A stretch of DNA of 64,000 nt from Octopus sinensis. Taxonomy: Eukaryota. The notes under the pieces were generated by a model. It was given only the letters and a program-made list of their open reading frames with translations. It made no database searches and was not told the origin of the DNA. The DNA lies in the NCBI RefSeq assembly GCF_006345805.1, contig NC_042997.1, positions 213,156,001 through 213,220,000 on the forward strand, written 5' to 3'. How positions within the stretch are numbered: position 1 is the first letter of the stretch; the number at the start of each line of letters is the position of its first letter. This document shows, one piece after another, positions 13,615 to 25,329 of the stretch. Position numbers and translations under genes: made by a program.

Positions 13615-13927
13615 TAACCTCTCGAAAGAGCTGTTCTTCACTCCTGCTCCAGAGCGTCGGCTGTGGAGTCGTTCCGAAAAGCTCTACCTGCAACGATTTC
13701 ATCTCAATCGAAGGAGAGGAGCTTTCTCCGTCCGGGTTGCGGATCCGTGGAACAAGCTGCCAGACGAGATGGTGAAGATGCCGACGACGGCTTTGTTCAA
13801 AGCCTCCCTTGACCTCAAGTGGCCTGAACTCTTTACATGAACACCACCCTGTACTTAACTCCATGTCCCCCTACATGGCCTTGCTATTTGCTTTTGAGCC
13901 AAATTAACTAACTAACTAACTAACTAA
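13615..13927 (+). mobile_element. CR1-type LINE 3' end with (CTAA)n tail
   Basis: Peptide LFFTPAPERRL..FHLNRRRGAFSVRVADPWNKLPDEMVKMPTTALFKASLD; near-identical minus-strand copy at 52849-53154. Confidence 0.85.
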
Positions 13928-14084
13928 CAATATGCCAAATTTGAAAATTTTGACAATATGTGACAGCAACAGAGAAATAGGGAAATAGAGAAACAGAAAG
14001 TTATAAGATGGGAAACACTCATACACACATTCACAAATGTACACACAGGTAATCATGAGTTTAAAATGGTGTATAGTAGATATG

Positions 14085-14389
14085 AGGCGCAATGGCCTAG
14101 TGGTTAGGGCAGCGGACTTGCGGTCACAGGATCGCGGTTTCGATTTCCAGACCAGGCGTTGTGAGTGTTTATTGAGCGAAAACACCTAAAAGCCCCACGA
14201 GGCTCCAGCAGGGGGTGGTGATCCCTGCTGTAATCTTTCACCACTCTTTCTCTCAACTCTTTCTTCTGTTGGCCTGCTCGTTTAGCCAGCGGGGTGGCGT
14301 CATTCGAAGGCTAAAACAATGCGAACGCATTGTGACCAGCGATGTGTAACAACATCTGATGGTCTGGTTGGTCACATGATCACATGATA
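14085..14389 (+). mobile_element. tRNA-derived SINE, same head as 933-1314 with a different tail (second copy 52537-52826)
   Basis: Head GAGGCGCAATGGCCTAGTGGTTAGGGCAGCGGAC; tail TTGGCCTGCTCGTTTAGCCAGCGGGGTGGCGTC..GTCACATGATCACATGAT. Confidence 0.85.
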
Positions 14390-14837
14390 GTAGATATATG
14401 TGTGTGTGTGTATATATGTATGTATGTGTGTTTGCATGTGTGTCTCTGTGTGTGAGTATTTTTTATGATGAACACAAACGTTGCCTGTGAAAAATTTCTA
14501 ACCCCCCCACCCTCCTTAAATCTCCATATTCTTTACACCCACCTTTCTTTCCCTTCCTCAGCATTTTAAAAGTTACTTATGTGTATGTGTGTGTGTGTGT
14601 GTGTGTGTGTATGTATTCATGAAAGTATGTATGCAGCGTCATGTGTATATCTCTGAACGACCGTAGTATTAACGTTACCCTCCTCCCACTAACACTCCAT
14701 TTTGCCGCTTACACATCTCTGTTCTCTCCTTCCCTGATATCAATCATTCTCCCTATTCCACCTCATTTCCCTCACACTAACACTCTTGCACCCATTTCAT
14801 TTTGTTCAAAAATAGCCCACCCTACTATTTCAATTTT

Positions 14838-15369
14838 ACCCGGCAGGACAAGTGAGGCCATAACCCGTGGCCCCTACCTGGGACGTAGTCAGTCCACCTG
14901 TGCATACCTTCCTTCTTGGGACTCATAAATCAAAGAATCAAATCAAAATCAAAATCGATCCACATCAATGCAATTTGTAGTCTTGTGGTACCAGTGCCAA
15001 TGGCACATAAGAGAACCTTCCGAATGTGGCCGTAGCCAGCACCGCATCGACTGGCCTTCGTGCTGGTGGCACATAACAAACACCATCCGATTGTGGCTGT
15101 GCCAGCCTCGCCTGGCCTCCGTGCCGGTGGCATGTAAAAAACACCATCCTAGCGTGGCCATTCGCCAGCCTCGTCTGGCACCTGTGTCGGTGGCACATAA
15201 AAATCACCCACTACACTCACGGAGTGGTTGGCGTTAGGAAGGGCATCCAGCCGTAGAAACACCGCCAGATCTGACTGGAGCCTGGTGCAGCCTTCAGGCT
15301 TCCCAGACTCCAGTTGAACCGTCCAACCCATGCTAGCATGGAAAGCGGACGTTAAACAATGATGATGAT
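14838..15369 (+). mobile_element. 5'-truncated RTE 3' end with internal tandem units and (GAT)n tail
   Basis: Repeated GTGCCGGTGGCAC units, then GGAGTGGTTGGCGTTAGGAAGGGCATCCAGCCGTAGAAAC core and GATGATGAT tail. Confidence 0.85.
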
Positions 15370-15479
15370 AAAACAATTTACCATTCTGTTAAGATAAGAT
15401 CAATAAAAAGGTACTTCAACCAGTGAGGGATAAATATCATTTAAGGTACACAATATAAAGATACGAGCTACTAATAGAT

Positions 15480-15880
15480 TTTTACATTGAAGACGTGTCA
15501 ACACCCCTCGGGTCTTCAAGCAGTCTTCGGGCTCTGAGTATATGCTTATTCTGTTTGAATATCAGGACAAGAAAAAAAATGTAAAGGTGATGCAAAAAGT
15601 GGAAGGGTGAAAAAAGAAGGAAAAAGAAAAGGAAGAAAATTAAGTTACATCCCATTAGACCATAAAAGCCATAATTAAATTAGTTGTATTATAATTCAAC
15701 GGTCAGGGGTCCAAAGTCTGTGAGACAGCTGCTCAATATGGAGAGGATGGTGTCCTCTTATTCACCAAAAGAAATTTGTCCATATGCTTGAATTTTCTGG
15801 AAATTTCGGATCTGGATTATGCATTGGAATTCTTAGATCTAAAAAGAATGTGTGATGTTCACAATGTATATTTAAGTTTG
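15480..15880 (-). mobile_element. Penelope-like element remnant (GIY-YIG C-terminus plus degenerate HHR-type terminal repeat)
   Basis: Minus-strand SRSEISRKFKHMDKFLL resembles the RSE..KCRH.NKFLL C-terminus of some PLE ORFs as recalled; a degenerate HHR-like motif follows at 15488-15529. Confidence 0.45.
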
Positions 15881-16888
15881 TTTATATGTTATATATAAAT
15901 ATATATACATATATGTGCATATCGAACATTAAGAATGCTCAACACTGCATTGATGGATAAATATTCTTTACTCCGTAAAGTGTACTAGCCATCTGAATGT
16001 GGCTAGCCACTGGGGGTGGGTGTTACTGAAGCTTTTAGTCCCAGGAGATCGTCGTCTCCAGCTGGCTTTAGACACACTTTCTGTGCCCTTCTGATATTTG
16101 CAAAGGGAGGTCATCCCCTCTCGAAAACCTAAGTGATACATACGGACTATAGATTTATTAATACTATTCTTTACTTGTTGGTTAACAAAGCTACCATTGG
16201 TTTCCTGTCGAGATTCCCAGCAATTATCAAGTCTGTTGCATAGGATGCTGATATTCATCTCTACCTTGAAGGACAATACAATGAAACTACACAAGACTGA
16301 TGGATTTTGGAATAAATAAATATATAGATCAGGGCAAATAATTCCAAACTGTTATCTCACTTGCATTAACTCTGACCTTAAATGTATATATATAAAAACA
16401 TACATATATGATCAAGTACATCCATACCGAAATGTTCACGCATACACTGGCACACTCTCACTCACCCTACATTATGCATTTTGTTTGTTTTTGGATGTCT
16501 GCACATAATTGTTCATATTTGCACATGTGTGCACATAATTGCAAGGTTTCACAGACACACACACACAAGCACACACACCTATATATCTATATACATATAT
16601 ACATACACACAAACACCTGTACATAAATGTAATCGGACAGACAATCACACAGACAGAACAAAGATAGAGGTATAACCTCATATCTGCTCTGTGTGTGTGT
16701 GTGTGTGTGTGATTGATGTGTGAGTGTGTGTGTGTGTACATTCATGTGTGTGTGCCTATATATATATATATATATATATATATCAAATGTAAGGATAAAA
16801 TTCTTTTCGAAAAAAAATATTTTCTCGAAAAAAATTTTATCAATGGCCAGCATATTAAAAAATACCTTTAATGGTTAAATTTATAAAC

Positions 16889-17262
16889 AATTCATAAATG
16901 AGGGCAAAGGAAAAATTTCTAATGCCAAATATGTCGAAAAATTGGACATATTGTCCATTAACCATATAATTTTTTCACAATACACACGCTACTCGAACAA
17001 AGGTCAACAGAAATTTCTAAAAAATTCCATTATTACCATGTCGGACCGATTTCAGAGTTAGCTACTAAGAGCCCTCTCTTCATCAGTGATACATGTGGCA
17101 AAAAAATAATAATAATAATAATGGAATTTTTTAGAAATTTCTGTTGACCTTTGTTCGAGTAGCGTGCGTATTGTGAAAAAATTATATGGTAAATGGACAA
17201 TATGTCCAATTTTTCGGCATATTTGGCATTAGAAATTTTTCCTTTGCCCTCATTTATGAATT
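16889..17262. repeat. Foldback element: 147-bp inverted arms (3 mismatches) around an 80-bp spacer with an HHR-like motif
   Basis: 16889-17035 is the reverse complement of 17116-17262. The spacer on the minus strand reads CTGATGA-AGAG..CTCT-GAAA-TCGG-TC. Confidence 0.9.
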
Positions 17263-17466
17263 ATATATATATGCATGTATATGAATGAGTGTACACATCA
17301 ACCCACATAGCTCCCTTTTAATTTTACCCAGAGCACATGCATAGATTTGATTACCTTTTTCTACCTTGGGTTATAATTGTCTATAGCCATCAACATAAAC
17401 TTTCTCACTCATAATGCCTGTATAATCTGAAAATGTTACTCCCAAATAAAGTGTACTTCATATTCA

Positions 17467-17548
17467 AGACTCTGATGAAGCAATAGGATGTAAGCCTGGC
17501 ACTCAACAAAGAGCCCACCACATCATATAGCAGAAACAGCTGTAAGCT
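17467..17548 (+). ncRNA. Degenerate minimal type I hammerhead ribozyme motif
   Basis: GACT-CTGATGA-A-GCAATA..TATAGC-A-GAAA-CAGCTG-TA-AGCT: same palindromic stem III and GUA site as 53576-53623, with mismatches in stems I and II. Confidence 0.5.
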
Positions 17549-19347
17549 AATGAAGTTCGTTGCATAACATTTTGTTTTTTTTTCCAATATCACCTCTTTG
17601 AGTCACAACCGTCCAACCCATGCCAGCATGGAAAACGGACGTTAAACGGTGGTGGTGGTGGTGGTGGTGGTTTGACAATCTATCTTTCTATCAAATCCAC
17701 TCACAAAGGCTTTGGTCAGCCCAGTGATATAGTAAAAAGCACTTGCTCAAGGTGCTGTGCTGTGGGATTGTCCCTGAGTCTACAGGATTGGGAAACTTCT
17801 TAACCATACAACCACATCTACAGATATATATACATACGTATACATACATATTATGTTCAAAATGCCAAAAATCCTCTCTTTTTCCCACCTTCACCGAGTG
17901 TCAAACAAGAGGATGTGCACATCCCATGTACATGTCCTCTTGTTGTTTAGTTACTATTATTATTAATGTTCAACTATTCAATTTGACTCTGTGTATGTGC
18001 ATGTGTCAATGTGTGTGTGCATGTGTGTGTGCATATTCATATATACACACACAAACACAGCATTCTGCTGCTTACCATCCTTGTTATGCTTGTCTGATAT
18101 TTTATCCTTCCACCCGCATCCACTATTTTTGACTCTGAAACCATGTCCAATCTATCTATTTCCAGCGTATTTTAATGCCATGACTCCAAGATCTCAACAC
18201 ACAGAACTCTCTATCTTTTGCCCAAAATATCTCTTCTCCTTCTCTCTGCCATTCACATTTATTCCAATTTCTTTACTGAGAACCAAATTCCTGTTGATTT
18301 TCATGATTAACATTTAAGATTCACAAAGACTTCTGTGATGCAACAATACAACAATTGAAGTAAATTTCTGTGAGGAATTACGGTTGATTCTGTACATAAC
18401 TGAGGCCTTTAAACATGGACCAAAATTCTCAAAGAACATTGCTAAGTTTGAGAAGAAAGCAATTAGTTCTTATTTACTTTCTGGATTTCCATTAAATAGC
18501 AATTGTTGTGCACTCAACCAAACTTCATAGTTACAGTCAGGCGGGGGATACAACTCGTAATGACCACTTCACTGAGATCTTTTATTGATTTCAAAATTGC
18601 ACTTGGGAAACTTTCAGATTTTTCTTTTCTGTGTAAAACCTTTATAAAACTTGCTTTAAACAGTTTTAAGTTTTTGTTGTAGGTTTTTCTGTTTTAAGAA
18701 AAACTGAAATTAAATTATTTCAAAGCTTTTAACTTATTATTATTTGGCTTCACAGTAATTTTTTTGTTGATTTTCAACTGGAATGGAACCAGTTTTTTTT
18801 TCCAAGAAATATTAACTCCTTTTTCCATTAGCCAAGAAGAAGCACAGGAAATCAAAATATCCCCTCACTGTGAATGGACATGACTAATAAAAGATGTTGA
18901 ACAGAAATATCACAAAGTATACGTCATCCACATCATCATTATCATCATCGTTTAACGTCTGCTTTCCATGCTAGCATGGGTTGGACGATTTTGACTGAGG
19001 GCTGGCAAACCAGATGGCTGCACCAGGCTCCAATCTTGATCTGCCAGTATTTCTCTAGCTGGATGCCCTTCCTAATGCCAACCACTCCAAGAGTGTAGTG
19101 GGTGCTTTTTACGTGCCACCAGTATGGGGGCCAGTCAGGCAGTATTGGCAATGACCTCGCTCAAATCTTTTTACATGTGCCACCGGCACAGGTGCCAGTG
19201 AAGTGACATTGGTAACGATCACGCTCGAATCCACAATATTTTGATATTTGTTCCTTTTGTGCAGTTTTTCCCAATCTTTGCCAGCATAAATGGCATAGAA
19301 ATTTGGACATTTGCAAAGTGTTGAGAATTTCTTTTTGCCATTATTTA

Positions 19348-19861
19348 CAGGTGAATAATGAGGGTCTGAGTTGGCAGAATTTAAGAATGGCTAATGGTAA
19401 TGTGACATGAAAAGAGATTTCTAATAATTTCAACATGGTCTAACCATGAGAATGTAAACTGAGTTACTTGTCTTTCATTGGAGTCCAATATAATGAAAGC
19501 CAGATTTAAATTCTTGACCATGGGGTTAGTAGTTCATAACTCTTTCACAGTTAGTGTGCCTGAAAAACTGAAGAATCATACACCTGAAACATTGTCAGCC
19601 TGAAGGAATCCCTGTATTCACTAACATCTACAATTCCACCTCATACAAACATATCTCGAGGAATCTTTCATAAAACCTTTGTTCCTCTTAGGTTTTCAGT
19701 CAAACGTACAAGCAATTTTCACATCGATTGGAGATTGTAGTTCTGTTGATCAGCTATTAGCAAATGATCAAGAATTTAAACCTGGCTTTCATTATATTGG
19801 ACTCCACACTATCATTAGCCATTCTTAAATTCTGCCAACCCAGACCTTCATTATTCACCTG
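19348..19861. mobile_element. MITE with about 50-bp terminal inverted repeats
   Basis: CAGGTGAATAATGAGGGTCTGAGTTGGCAGAATTTAAGAATGGCTAATG at the left; its reverse complement (2 mismatches) ends at 19861. Confidence 0.75.
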
Positions 19862-20719
19862 TCAACATTTCATTTCCAGTCTCCTCAGTCTCTTTCACTT
19901 CCTCAATATCTTCAGAGTTGACAACATTCCATTAGTTTTCCAAGAACAAAATCCAGACACTCATGGCACAAAATTGAAATCATACAGTCTTGGTATTACT
20001 ACAGATTCAGCTCAAACACCCATCACCTTTTCCCCTTTTAATCTGCTTCTAAGAAATGGGCAAATATAGATAGAGGGAATAATGGCAACTAACACCCTAT
20101 AGTTTGTTGCTGAATTTATTCTTCTTTAAAATTTCACTTTCTCATTCAGATACTGCTGCCGAATGCAATAATTGGCCTTGCATGGTTTTGAAGATATTTT
20201 GTAGCTAGCAGTGGTTGCATTACAAGCTGTAAATTATTCAGAAATGTCCACTTATTGAGGAAAATCAATGGCATTGAACATGAATTCATGTAGAATTTTT
20301 GCATGGTGACAGAGCGGCTGATCATTGACAGGGCAGCTAACCAACTTCCGTGCCAGTGGGACTTAAAAGACACCATTCGAGCGTGATCATTACCAGCATC
20401 GCCTTACTGGCACCTGTGCCGGTGGCATGTGTAAAAGATTCGAGTGAGGTCATTGCCAGTACAGCCTGAGTGGCCCCGTGCCGGTGGCACGTAAACACCA
20501 CCCACTACACTCTCAGAGTGGCTGGCATTAGGAAGGGCATCCAGCTGTAGAAACTCTGCCAGATCAAGATTGGAGCCTGGTGCAACCCTCTGGTTCACCA
20601 GTCCTCAGACAAATCGTCCAACCCATGCTAGCATGGAAAGCGGACGTTAAACGATGAGGATGATGATTTTCATCATAGTTGATCATTTCTATCCAGCTCT
20701 TAAGGCTATTTTCTTCATC

Positions 20720-20990
20720 ATTCTTTATCTCCAAGTCAACCTATAAAAATCAAAAATTAATTGATTCTGCAACTAATTTTTGGATATGTGGTATTAGCAC
20801 CAAGTCTGCTGCTATCAGTCTTCTTTTCTTTGTTGCTTCTACATCACACAGTTGTTATACTGTTCTTAGTCAGTTTCCAGACATCACTCACCCAGGGACA
20901 GAAAGCTATTACATACTGTAACACACCTGTTTCTAGTTGGCCCAGATGTTTTGCTCCAGACAAAGTGAAAATTGCTAAAGAAGAATTTTA
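20720..20990 (+). mobile_element. Gypsy LTR retrotransposon polyprotein remnant (protease-RT linker)
   Basis: KNQKLIDSAT..SQFPDITHP..TPVSSWPRCFAPDKVKIAKEEF resembles the Gypsy PPV..RPRRLAPDKL..AK.EF motif. Confidence 0.7.
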
Positions 20991-21339
20991 ACGTCCTTGT
21001 CATGGCCGATGACAGTACTACCTGACTGGCACCTGTGCCAGTGACACATAAAAAGCATCACTCAAGTATGGTCGATGCCAGTGCCACCTGACTGGTCCCA
21101 TGCCGGTGGCACATAAAAAGCACCATTCAAGTGTGGTCAATGCCAATACCACCTGACTGGCTCCCCTGCCGGTGGCACGTAAAAGCACCCACTACACTCT
21201 CAGACTGGTTGGCATTAGAAAGGGCATCCATCTGAAAAAAGATCAGATTGGAGCCTGGTCCAGCTTCCTAGCTTGCCAGTCCCCAGTCAAAACCATCCAG
21301 CCCATGCCAGCATAGAAAACGGACATTAAATAATGATGA

Positions 21340-21380
<41 letters not shown>

Positions 21381-21382
<2 letters not shown>

Positions 21383-21511
21383 GGGTGTGCCAAAAAAATG
21401 TATACACACCTTAAATAGTTGTAAATTTGTTATTCTTTGTAAGCCTAGTACTTATTCTATCGTTCTCTTTTGCCGAACCACTATGTGTATACATTTTTTT
21501 GGGACACCCTG
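21381..21511. mobile_element. Tc1/mariner-type MITE (about 28-bp TIRs, TA flanks) carrying a SINE fragment
   Basis: CAGGGTGTGCCAAAAAAATGTATACACA / TGTGTATACATTTTTTTGGGACACCCTG, inserted in a (TA)n tract. Confidence 0.8.
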
Positions 21512-22569
21512 TATATATATATATATACACGATGGGCTTCTTTCAGTTTCCACTTACCAAATCCACTTACAAGGCCATCGAAGAAGACACTTGCCCAAGG
21601 TGCTATACAGTGGGACTGAACTCAGAACCATGTGGTTGCAAAGCAAGCTTCTTACCACACAGCCATGCCTATAAATATCGTTGCTCTTATGTTAAACTGT
21701 TGTATGTCCAAATGTGGCTAAATGTGTTTCTTTCAATATTTATTTTTGCTTGTAATGGCCAGTTCTTTTGGTCAAACTATCCTATCTGCAGCTGCTTTAA
21801 ATGCCAAGATATCACAAATTGCCAAAGTGTAGTACAACCGTTTTGCTATGAAATGGTGAAACTATTTTTTCACTTTCTGAAAATGCAACATTTTAGACTT
21901 ACAACACTTTTACATAATAGCAACAACATATATTCACTCTTTGTTATTTTTAAATGTTGGGGTGTAATATAAGGGTGATTTGGCTGCTATTTACTATAGG
22001 TTGAACAGCAGTATAGATGCTCTGTCATTAACTTGTGAATGATGAATATAGTATTTGTGTGTATTATGTGGTGTTTTTCTGTGGTCAAAACATGGGACAA
22101 ATGGCTATGCTCTGCAAAAGGTATTAGTTGACACTTCAGATCAATAAGAAACTTTGCCAGTTTTCTGTAGAGATTCTGCCTGCAGAAATATGATACAATA
22201 TTTAGATCAGTCATGTTAAAGGTCAATTGGAGTTAATAATTCAAACAGCCATGGAAAATATTCTGAATGTATGATTCTTACATATAAAGAAGAAAGAAAG
22301 ATAATAAAAGACTTAATGATATTTGCAGCAGACAATATTTCATTTTAAATAACACCAAGACACGAAAATCAATAAATACTAAACAAGTTTTAAAAAAATT
22401 TTAAAAAACAAAGAAAGAGGTTTGAGTGAAGACCAGAATCTTAAACAATAAAAATGCATTTAACTTTTAGTTTTATTGTCAACATCTTCAAACAGAATAA
22501 CAGTATTTTCTCAAGTAAACTTTACTACAAAGAAAAAAGAAAAGTACATCAGTTTTGAGCTTGTGACCA

Positions 22570-23140
22570 CATCTATGAGGAATAAATGTTGGAAGCTAAC
22601 ATTTTATTCACTCATCATCATCATGTTCATTTTTTTTTTATGCTTGTTTACATGGATTGGGTGATTCCTCTCCAGTTTAAATTTGTCATCTCCTTTGTGT
22701 GGTTCAACATCCAAAGATCAGCTTTTAACATCTCTGTCCATGTTTTCCTTAGTCTTCTCTCCTCCACTGCATCTCCTGACACTTCTTTACCATGCATACA
22801 CATCTCATATCTGTACCAAACACAGTTATTCTCCTCTCTTGCACACTTGGTTCCCCTTATGTCTAGTTTTTTCTCTGAATTCATCTCTACCTCATCCCTT
22901 ATGCATGCTACACTTACACACACGGTGGCACATCATTGCCTCATTTCTCTCCAATCATTACAAATTCTCAACTAACAAATTTCCATTTCTCACTACCATG
23001 CAGCATTGCATTTCGGTCTAAAGTTTTGTACATTCACCTCTTTGCTCAAAAGAGAATCTATTTGTTGTTAGCTTCAACTTTTTCCCTCTTATCTTGGCTA
23101 CTACGGTCCCTCCTCTCCAGCTGATTAAGTTACCTGGGTA
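22570..23140 (-). mobile_element. RTE LINE 3' ORF fragment
   Basis: Peptide EKKLDIRGTKC..VSGDAVEERRLRKTWTEMLKADL resembles the RTE C-terminus (RGRPRKTW). Confidence 0.75.
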
Positions 23141-23617
23141 ACAAAAGCTTTTAAATACATCTGCTAAACACTAGAAAGAATTTAGTTGACTTCTGCTCTG
23201 ACTACAAAACACACATGTCCAGTTGTTACTTACAAAATACTTTTTCTCTGTCGGCAGTAGAGTTGATGAAGGGGAGTTTTATGACAAACCATTTCTTTAT
23301 AGAAAGCAAACCATTTGCTTTATAAAGCAGCTGGCCATAAGTTATTAACAAAGTGGATGGCTTATTTTGCATAGAAATCATTTCAGTTCATCTAACTTTC
23401 ATGCTGTGTTGTATAACACCTTGAGCAAGTGCCATCTACTGTAACCCTGGGCCAACCAAAGCCTTGCAAGTGGATTTGGTAGATGGAAACTGAAAGAAGC
23501 TCATCATTTATATGTGTGTTTGTGTTTGTCCCCCATCCCTGCTTCACAACCTGACCAGTGTTTGTTTGTTTATGTCTCCCATAGCATAGCAGTTCAGCAC
23601 AAGAGACTAATAGAATA

Positions 23618-24370
23618 CAGTTCTATATTTAAGAGATGAGGAATTATTTACATTATTTACATTTGACGGATATTTGTCCTCATCTTGTTTGTTGTTAACA
23701 CAATGTTTTGATTGAAATACTCTCCAGCCTTCATCAGGTGTCTTGGGAAAATTTCAAACCTGGGTTCTCATTCCTAAGGTATTTTTCAATGTCATCGGCG
23801 GCAGCAGTGGCATCGTCATCGTTGTTGTTCAGGTCACTGCCTGGAATCAAACTCAGAATCATGGGGTTAGTAACCAGCACTCTTAACCACTACAGCATAT
23901 GCCCTTGGGCAATTATGAAGTGAATTTTAGGGCCTATAAATCTAATATTCTCCTATCCTTCCTTAACACCGGTTCCCATATGCTGCTCATATCTGCACTC
24001 GGTCTGCTTAGGAGGTTGTTGTGTCCTAGCATATGTGCTGCTTCTTTTAGTTTTCGTATTTTCCAATGGTGTTCTCTGTCTATTATTTTAACTTCATCCC
24101 ACTGGAGGAAGTGGTCTCCATTTTTCCATACATGATCAGCTATACTCAATTTATCAATATCCCCTCGTGTCACAGCTTTGCGATGTTCCTCTACCCTTAT
24201 TTTGAGAACAACAACAGCAACAATAACCGAAAAATACCTTAGGAATGAGAACCCAGGTTCGAAATTTCCCCGAGACACCTGATGAAGGCTGGAGGGTATA
24301 TCAGCCGAAACGTGTTAACAACAAACAAGATGCGGACAAATATCTGTCAATTGTAAATAATGTAAATAAT
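23618..24370 (-). mobile_element. 5'-truncated Penelope-like element: inverted pLTR + GIY-YIG C-terminus + tRNA-like segment + HHR-bearing pLTR
   Basis: Minus ORF RVEEHRKAVTRGDIDKLSIADHVWKNGDHFLQWDEVKIIDREHHWKIRKLKEAAHM (GIY-YIG C-half); inverted repeats at about 23641-23790 and 24228-24370; HHR cores at 23698-23742 (-) and 24274-24316 (+); tRNA-like segment 23830-23904. Confidence 0.85.
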
Positions 24371-24649
24371 AGAATAAGTAGGAAACTTTAAAGAAAAGAT
24401 CAAAAACTGGGTTTGATTCATTCAGCTAAAACGCTTTGAGCAGTGCCCCAGCACTTCACCTGTGAAACCATGTTGTTTGCTTGCAGTCCTCTTTGAAAGT
24501 ATGTCTAAGCTGTTTTTTATCTGACAGACAGGAAAATTATTTCCTCACTTGGAAAGAGGTGAGGGTTGGCGTCAGGAAGAGCATCGAAACCAGTAAACAT
24601 TTTGAACCAGTAAAATTTTATTTGATCTGAGTCAGCCTAGAAAAGCAGA

Positions 24650-25298
24650 TGTTGAAATGATGATGATGACAACGATGATGACGATGATGATGATGACGAT
24701 GACAATGGAAATGATGATGACGATGGTGGTGGTGGTGGTGGTGATGATGATGATGACAACGATGATGATGACAATGATGATGATGACGATGACGATGATG
24801 ACGATGGTGGTGGTGGTGGTGGTGGTGATGATGATGATGACAACGATGACGATGACGATGACGATGATGATGATGACGATGACGATGATGACGATGACAA
24901 TGGCAATGATGATGACGATGGTGGTGGTGGTGGTGGTGATGATGATGATGACAACGATGATGATGACGATGACGATGATGATGATGACGATGACGATGAT
25001 GACGATGACAATGGCAATGATGATGACGATGGTGGTGGTGGGTGGTGGTGATGATGATGATGATGACAACGATGATGATGACGATGACGATGATGATGAT
25101 GACGATGACGATGATGACGATGACAATGGCAATGATGATGACGATGGTGGTGGTGGTGGTGTGGTGGTGATGATGATGATGACAACGATGATGATGACAA
25201 TGATGATGATGACGATGACGATGACGATGATGACGATGACAATGGCAATGATGATGACGATGGTGGTGGTGGTGGTGGTGGTGATGATGATGATGACA

Positions 25299-25329
<31 letters not shown>

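Noticed and set aside
18815-18895. Possible + terminal exon encoding KKKHRKSKYPLTVNGHD*
   Set aside because: Unrecognised peptide and no partner exons.
20668-20760. Minus-strand acceptor followed by VDLEIKNDEENSLKSW
   Set aside because: No donor; the + strand continues as a Gypsy polyprotein remnant.
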